36,440 bases of DNA from a virus, in the IMG/VR virus record IMGVR_UViG_3300045993_000165, positions 1 to 36,440 of that record; one strand, 5' to 3'. The position numbers and the translations under genes are program-made. Below the pieces are notes generated by a model. That model had not been told where the DNA came from. It was given only the letters and a program-made list of their open reading frames with translations, and ran no database searches. Shown piece after piece: positions 34,451 through 36,440 of the stretch; the stretch's first letter is position 1, and the number at the start of each line of letters is the position of its first letter.

Positions 34451-34838
34451 AAATGCTCCTTGCATCGTTTGTTCTACCTAACATGTTCTCCCACATTTTA
34501 ACAGTAAAGTTTGAGGAGTTCAATGTTTCGTCTCTTAGTGCATATACTAAGTTCCAACTGCCATCTGGACCTGTAAAGAATGCTATTGATCTAGGAATAT
34601 ATGCTTCTCCCATCTTTACTTTCTTTTCTATGTATTTTGCAATACTAACAAATGGCAATACATTCACTACTAATGGTATCTCTATGTATTGTAGATATAC
34701 TTGCATTTCCAGTGTAGGTGTTTGTGTATGATGCCTAGTTAGCAGTTCGTCTAATACGGTTATTAGTTGATACTGCTTTTCTGTTATTGCTTGCGTGTCG
34801 TAGTTTGTTGGTTTCTTAAACCATTTTAATATATCCAT
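34434..34838 (-). CDS. Hypothetical protein (134 aa)
   Basis: AAGGAG RBS overlapping the upstream stop. Confidence 0.55.
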   Translation of the reverse strand: MDILKWFKKPTNYDTQAITEKQYQLITVLDELLTRHHTQTPTLEMQVYLQYIEIPLVVNVLPFVSIAKYIEKKVKMGEAYIPRSIAFFTGPDGSWNLVYALRDETLNSSNFTVKMWENMLGRTNDARSIYENTI

Positions 34839-34847
34839 TATTGCTCC

Positions 34848-35180
34848 TTAAAGTAACTTCTCGAAATCTGTCAAATACATCATTACCAATGCGGGCTTGT
34901 GATTGCCACGCATTATAACAAGTGGTGTGAGTCCTTCTGCGTTGTCTGCCGCTTGTGTCATAAAGCGATAGTCTTGTGCTAACGCTTCTGTGCGTTTGCC
35001 TTCTATCGCGTAGGGGAATAGTTTTCTAATAGCAGGTGATAGTTTCAAATCCATGCCCGGCTGGCTTGTAGTTGGAACCACTATATCGGCATCACTAAAC
35101 TCAGGGAACTGAGTGTGAAGCCATGCTTTGATTTCCACTATTAAACTTCGGCCTTTGGCCTTCCTACCAGCCGTGTTCAT
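34848..35180 (-). CDS. PD-(D/E)XK nuclease, Holliday-junction-resolvase-like (putative)
   Basis: 110 aa with the ordered elements KGRSLIVEIK (Glu), PGMDL (Asp) and AIEGK (E-x-K). Size and layout resemble Hjc-type resolvases. Confidence 0.5.
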   Translation of the reverse strand: MNTAGRKAKGRSLIVEIKAWLHTQFPEFSDADIVVPTTSQPGMDLKLSPAIRKLFPYAIEGKRTEALAQDYRFMTQAADNAEGLTPLVIMRGNHKPALVMMYLTDFEKLL

Positions 35181-35365
35181 ACAGAAAGTCCTAATACTCT
35201 ACGTTCTGTTACATAGGCGTCCCATAGCGGTCTTAATGTTGGATATGTGTTTAACTCATATTCGTTCGGGCCGCGCTTGCCTGTGTAGAACTCTCTACGA
35301 TTGATCTCGTTATTTAGAACTCTTACCTGTTCACGCATTTCATCTATTGTTAGTGTAAATCCCAT
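35177..35365 (-). CDS. Hypothetical protein (62 aa)
   Basis: ATGA and TAATG coupling. Confidence 0.55.
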   Translation of the reverse strand: MGFTLTIDEMREQVRVLNNEINRREFYTGKRGPNEYELNTYPTLRPLWDAYVTERRVLGLSV

Positions 35366-35799
35366 TATTCAGCCTCCAAATATTCATATCCACCTTTCTT
35401 TCTACCTATCTTTTGATATACACCCGATAGAGTGATACCCTCAGCCTTTGCTGCTTCTGTTAGTGAAGAAAATACACCTAGTGGTGTCCTTATTTTCCTA
35501 CCAGGTGTAAGGCATACCGTACTACAGACACCAAAGTATCCTCTGTAGTCAGCATAGTCATTACCTGCCTTAGTTTTTAAGCCTTCACCTGTTTCGCGTT
35601 GAAGTTTGCCACGCAAGCATCTATGTATAATACACGAGGGATCTTCCCCGTGTGCTCTACCTGCTGCTTTGAAACTATTGAATGTTCCAAGTGGTGTTGT
35701 TACCGCTGTTGAGTGAGGGTTATTCCTTGAGGTTTTCTGTCTCACTTCGTCCGTCACTACGAACCCTTTCTGTCTTCCCGATGTTGTATTCCTTGTCAT
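35365..35799 (-). CDS. Stand-alone protein with two NUMOD1-like HTH repeats
   Basis: The internal repeat TPLGTFNSFKAAGRAHGEDPSCIIHRC / TPLGVFSSLTEAAKAEGITLSGVYQKI matches the homing-endonuclease-associated NUMOD1 pattern. AAGGA RBS. It overlaps the upstream ORF by 80 nt. Confidence 0.55.
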   Translation of the reverse strand: MTRNTTSGRQKGFVVTDEVRQKTSRNNPHSTAVTTPLGTFNSFKAAGRAHGEDPSCIIHRCLRGKLQRETGEGLKTKAGNDYADYRGYFGVCSTVCLTPGRKIRTPLGVFSSLTEAAKAEGITLSGVYQKIGRKKGGYEYLEAE

Positions 35800-36103
35800 A
35801 TATTGTAAATCCTTGTTTTCCTTTCATAAGCCATCTATACACTGTAGGGGCTTCTATGTTATAAAATGCCATCGCCTCTTTTACTGAAAATGTACCGTCT
35901 AAGGATTGTATCAACGTTGACCCTCGTGGGCGACCCTTATCAATCCTAGGTGGTTTAGTGTATTCCACATCTGGTTCGTTCCTTCTTATCATTACCGACT
36001 TAATAGGTGCCTTAAACACATATTTCTGTAATGATGGACAAAACGAGTCCGGTACCTTATCAACATAAACTTTTATCAATTCATCAAACTCTTTTTGATC
36101 CAT
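35720..36103 (-). CDS. HTH DNA-binding protein, first gene of the leftward (early) operon
   Basis: FSVKEAMAFYNIEAPTVYRWLMKGK is an excisionase/MerR-like HTH, preceded by the basic tract KGRPRGS. Confidence 0.5.
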   Translation of the reverse strand: MDQKEFDELIKVYVDKVPDSFCPSLQKYVFKAPIKSVMIRRNEPDVEYTKPPRIDKGRPRGSTLIQSLDGTFSVKEAMAFYNIEAPTVYRWLMKGKQGFTIYDKEYNIGKTERVRSDGRSETENLKE

Positions 36104-36176
36104 ATTTACTTTCTTATTATATTTATCGGCAGTAATAAAATATATGCTGTATTTACGGTATTATGAGGCGTATTTT

Positions 36177-36226
36177 TTGAATACTGGTAAATATCATTGT
36201 AATGTACACATATAATGTGTTATACT
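36177..36226 (+). promoter_or_regulatory. Two overlapping sigma70-type promoter candidates for the polymerase-like gene, with a small palindrome
   Basis: First candidate: TTGAAT (36177-36182), 17-nt spacer, TAATGT (36200-36205). Second candidate: TTGTAA (36197-36202), 18-nt spacer, TGT-TATACT (36218-36226). The palindrome ACACAT-ata-ATGTGT lies at 36206-36220. Confidence 0.45.
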
Positions 36227-36281
36227 GTATTGTTATAAGCACATACATCCAACCACATATCATTAAGGAATACACTCTCAC

Positions 36282-36440
36282 ATGACAACACTATCTCTCA
36301 CACAATCTCACAAAGATACTCACACAGTCTCACGCATAGTCTCAAGCATAGTATCTCAAAGAGACACTACAGATACTCACACAGTCTCACGCATAGTATC
36401 TCACATAGACATTCATGCACAGAACTATAGTGACTCACTT
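36282..36440 (+). CDS. N-terminal part of the wrap-around 431-aa polymerase-like ORF (continues at nt 3 after removing the 32-nt overlap)
   Basis: The ATG at 36282 is preceded by an in-frame TAA at 36264-36266 and by AAGGA 12 nt upstream. Nt 36411 is in phase with nt 3. Confidence 0.55.
   Translation, partial: MTTLSLTQSHKDTHTVSRIVSSIVSQRDTTDTHTVSRIVSHIDIHAQNYSDSL
36314..36397. repeat. 27-nt perfect direct repeat, 2 copies, 57-bp period, in a TCTCA-rich tract
   Basis: agatactcacacagtctcacgcatagt at 36314-36340 and 36371-36397. gcatagtatctca also recurs at 36346-36358 and 36391-36403. Confidence 0.9.
36409..36440. repeat. 32-nt copy of window positions 1..32
   Basis: Exact identity with the window start. 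Confidence 0.9.

Noticed and set aside
1-36440. Alternative genetic code or stop-codon recoding
   Set aside because: All large genes read cleanly in the standard code with conventional RBS-ATG starts and TAA, TGA or TAG stops. No conserved-looking gene is fragmented by in-frame stops.
1-36440. Temperate lifestyle module (integrase, excisionase, CI-like repressor, attP)
   Set aside because: No tyrosine or serine recombinase motifs were recognised. The HTH proteins at 35.4-36.1 kb are small and sit in an early-operon context. Absence cannot be proven without profile searches.

Overview
The window appears to be a complete, circularly closed dsDNA tailed-phage genome. The first and last 32 nt are identical, giving a unique length of 36,408 nt. 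Genes are tightly packed, with many ATGA/TAATG stop-start overlaps and AAGGAG-type ribosome-binding sites, and they form two arms. The plus-strand arm runs from about 36282 across the junction to 8107. It holds a compact polymerase-like gene, a DUF3820-like gene, small and large terminase subunits, an HNH-type endonuclease-like gene, portal, scaffold and a small acidic ORF. The minus-strand arm runs from 36103 down to 9003. It holds early HTH/NUMOD1/nuclease genes, an MT-A70 DNA methyltransferase, the major capsid protein, three collagen-like or repeat-rich tail-fibre genes (one of 1488 aa), large virion proteins, a GIY-YIG homing endonuclease, three Ala/Gln/Gly-rich virion proteins and a small membrane/secreted-protein cassette. 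I saw no tape-measure or sheath genes, so a short-tailed (podovirus-like) architecture is inferred. I also recognised no integrase, tRNA, CRISPR array or reverse transcriptase. Two items deserve the most attention. (1) The two arms converge on an ~0.9 kb ORF-free island (about 8108-9002). It is rich in helices and repeats, sits downstream of a near-consensus promoter, and is a candidate large structured RNA or an origin/packaging region. (2) A 431-aa ORF spans the circular junction and carries T7-RNAP/Pol-A-like T/DxxGR, A, B and C (HDS) motifs. It is the only polymerase-like gene in the genome. Other notable points: the capsid gene lies far from portal and scaffold, several homing-endonuclease-type genes are present, the fibre genes share proline-free GYS collagen cassettes and 45-bp tandem repeats, and a perfect TTGACA-17-TATAAT promoter precedes a lysis-like cassette that lacks a recognisable endolysin. 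All family assignments come from reading motifs by eye. No database search was possible.
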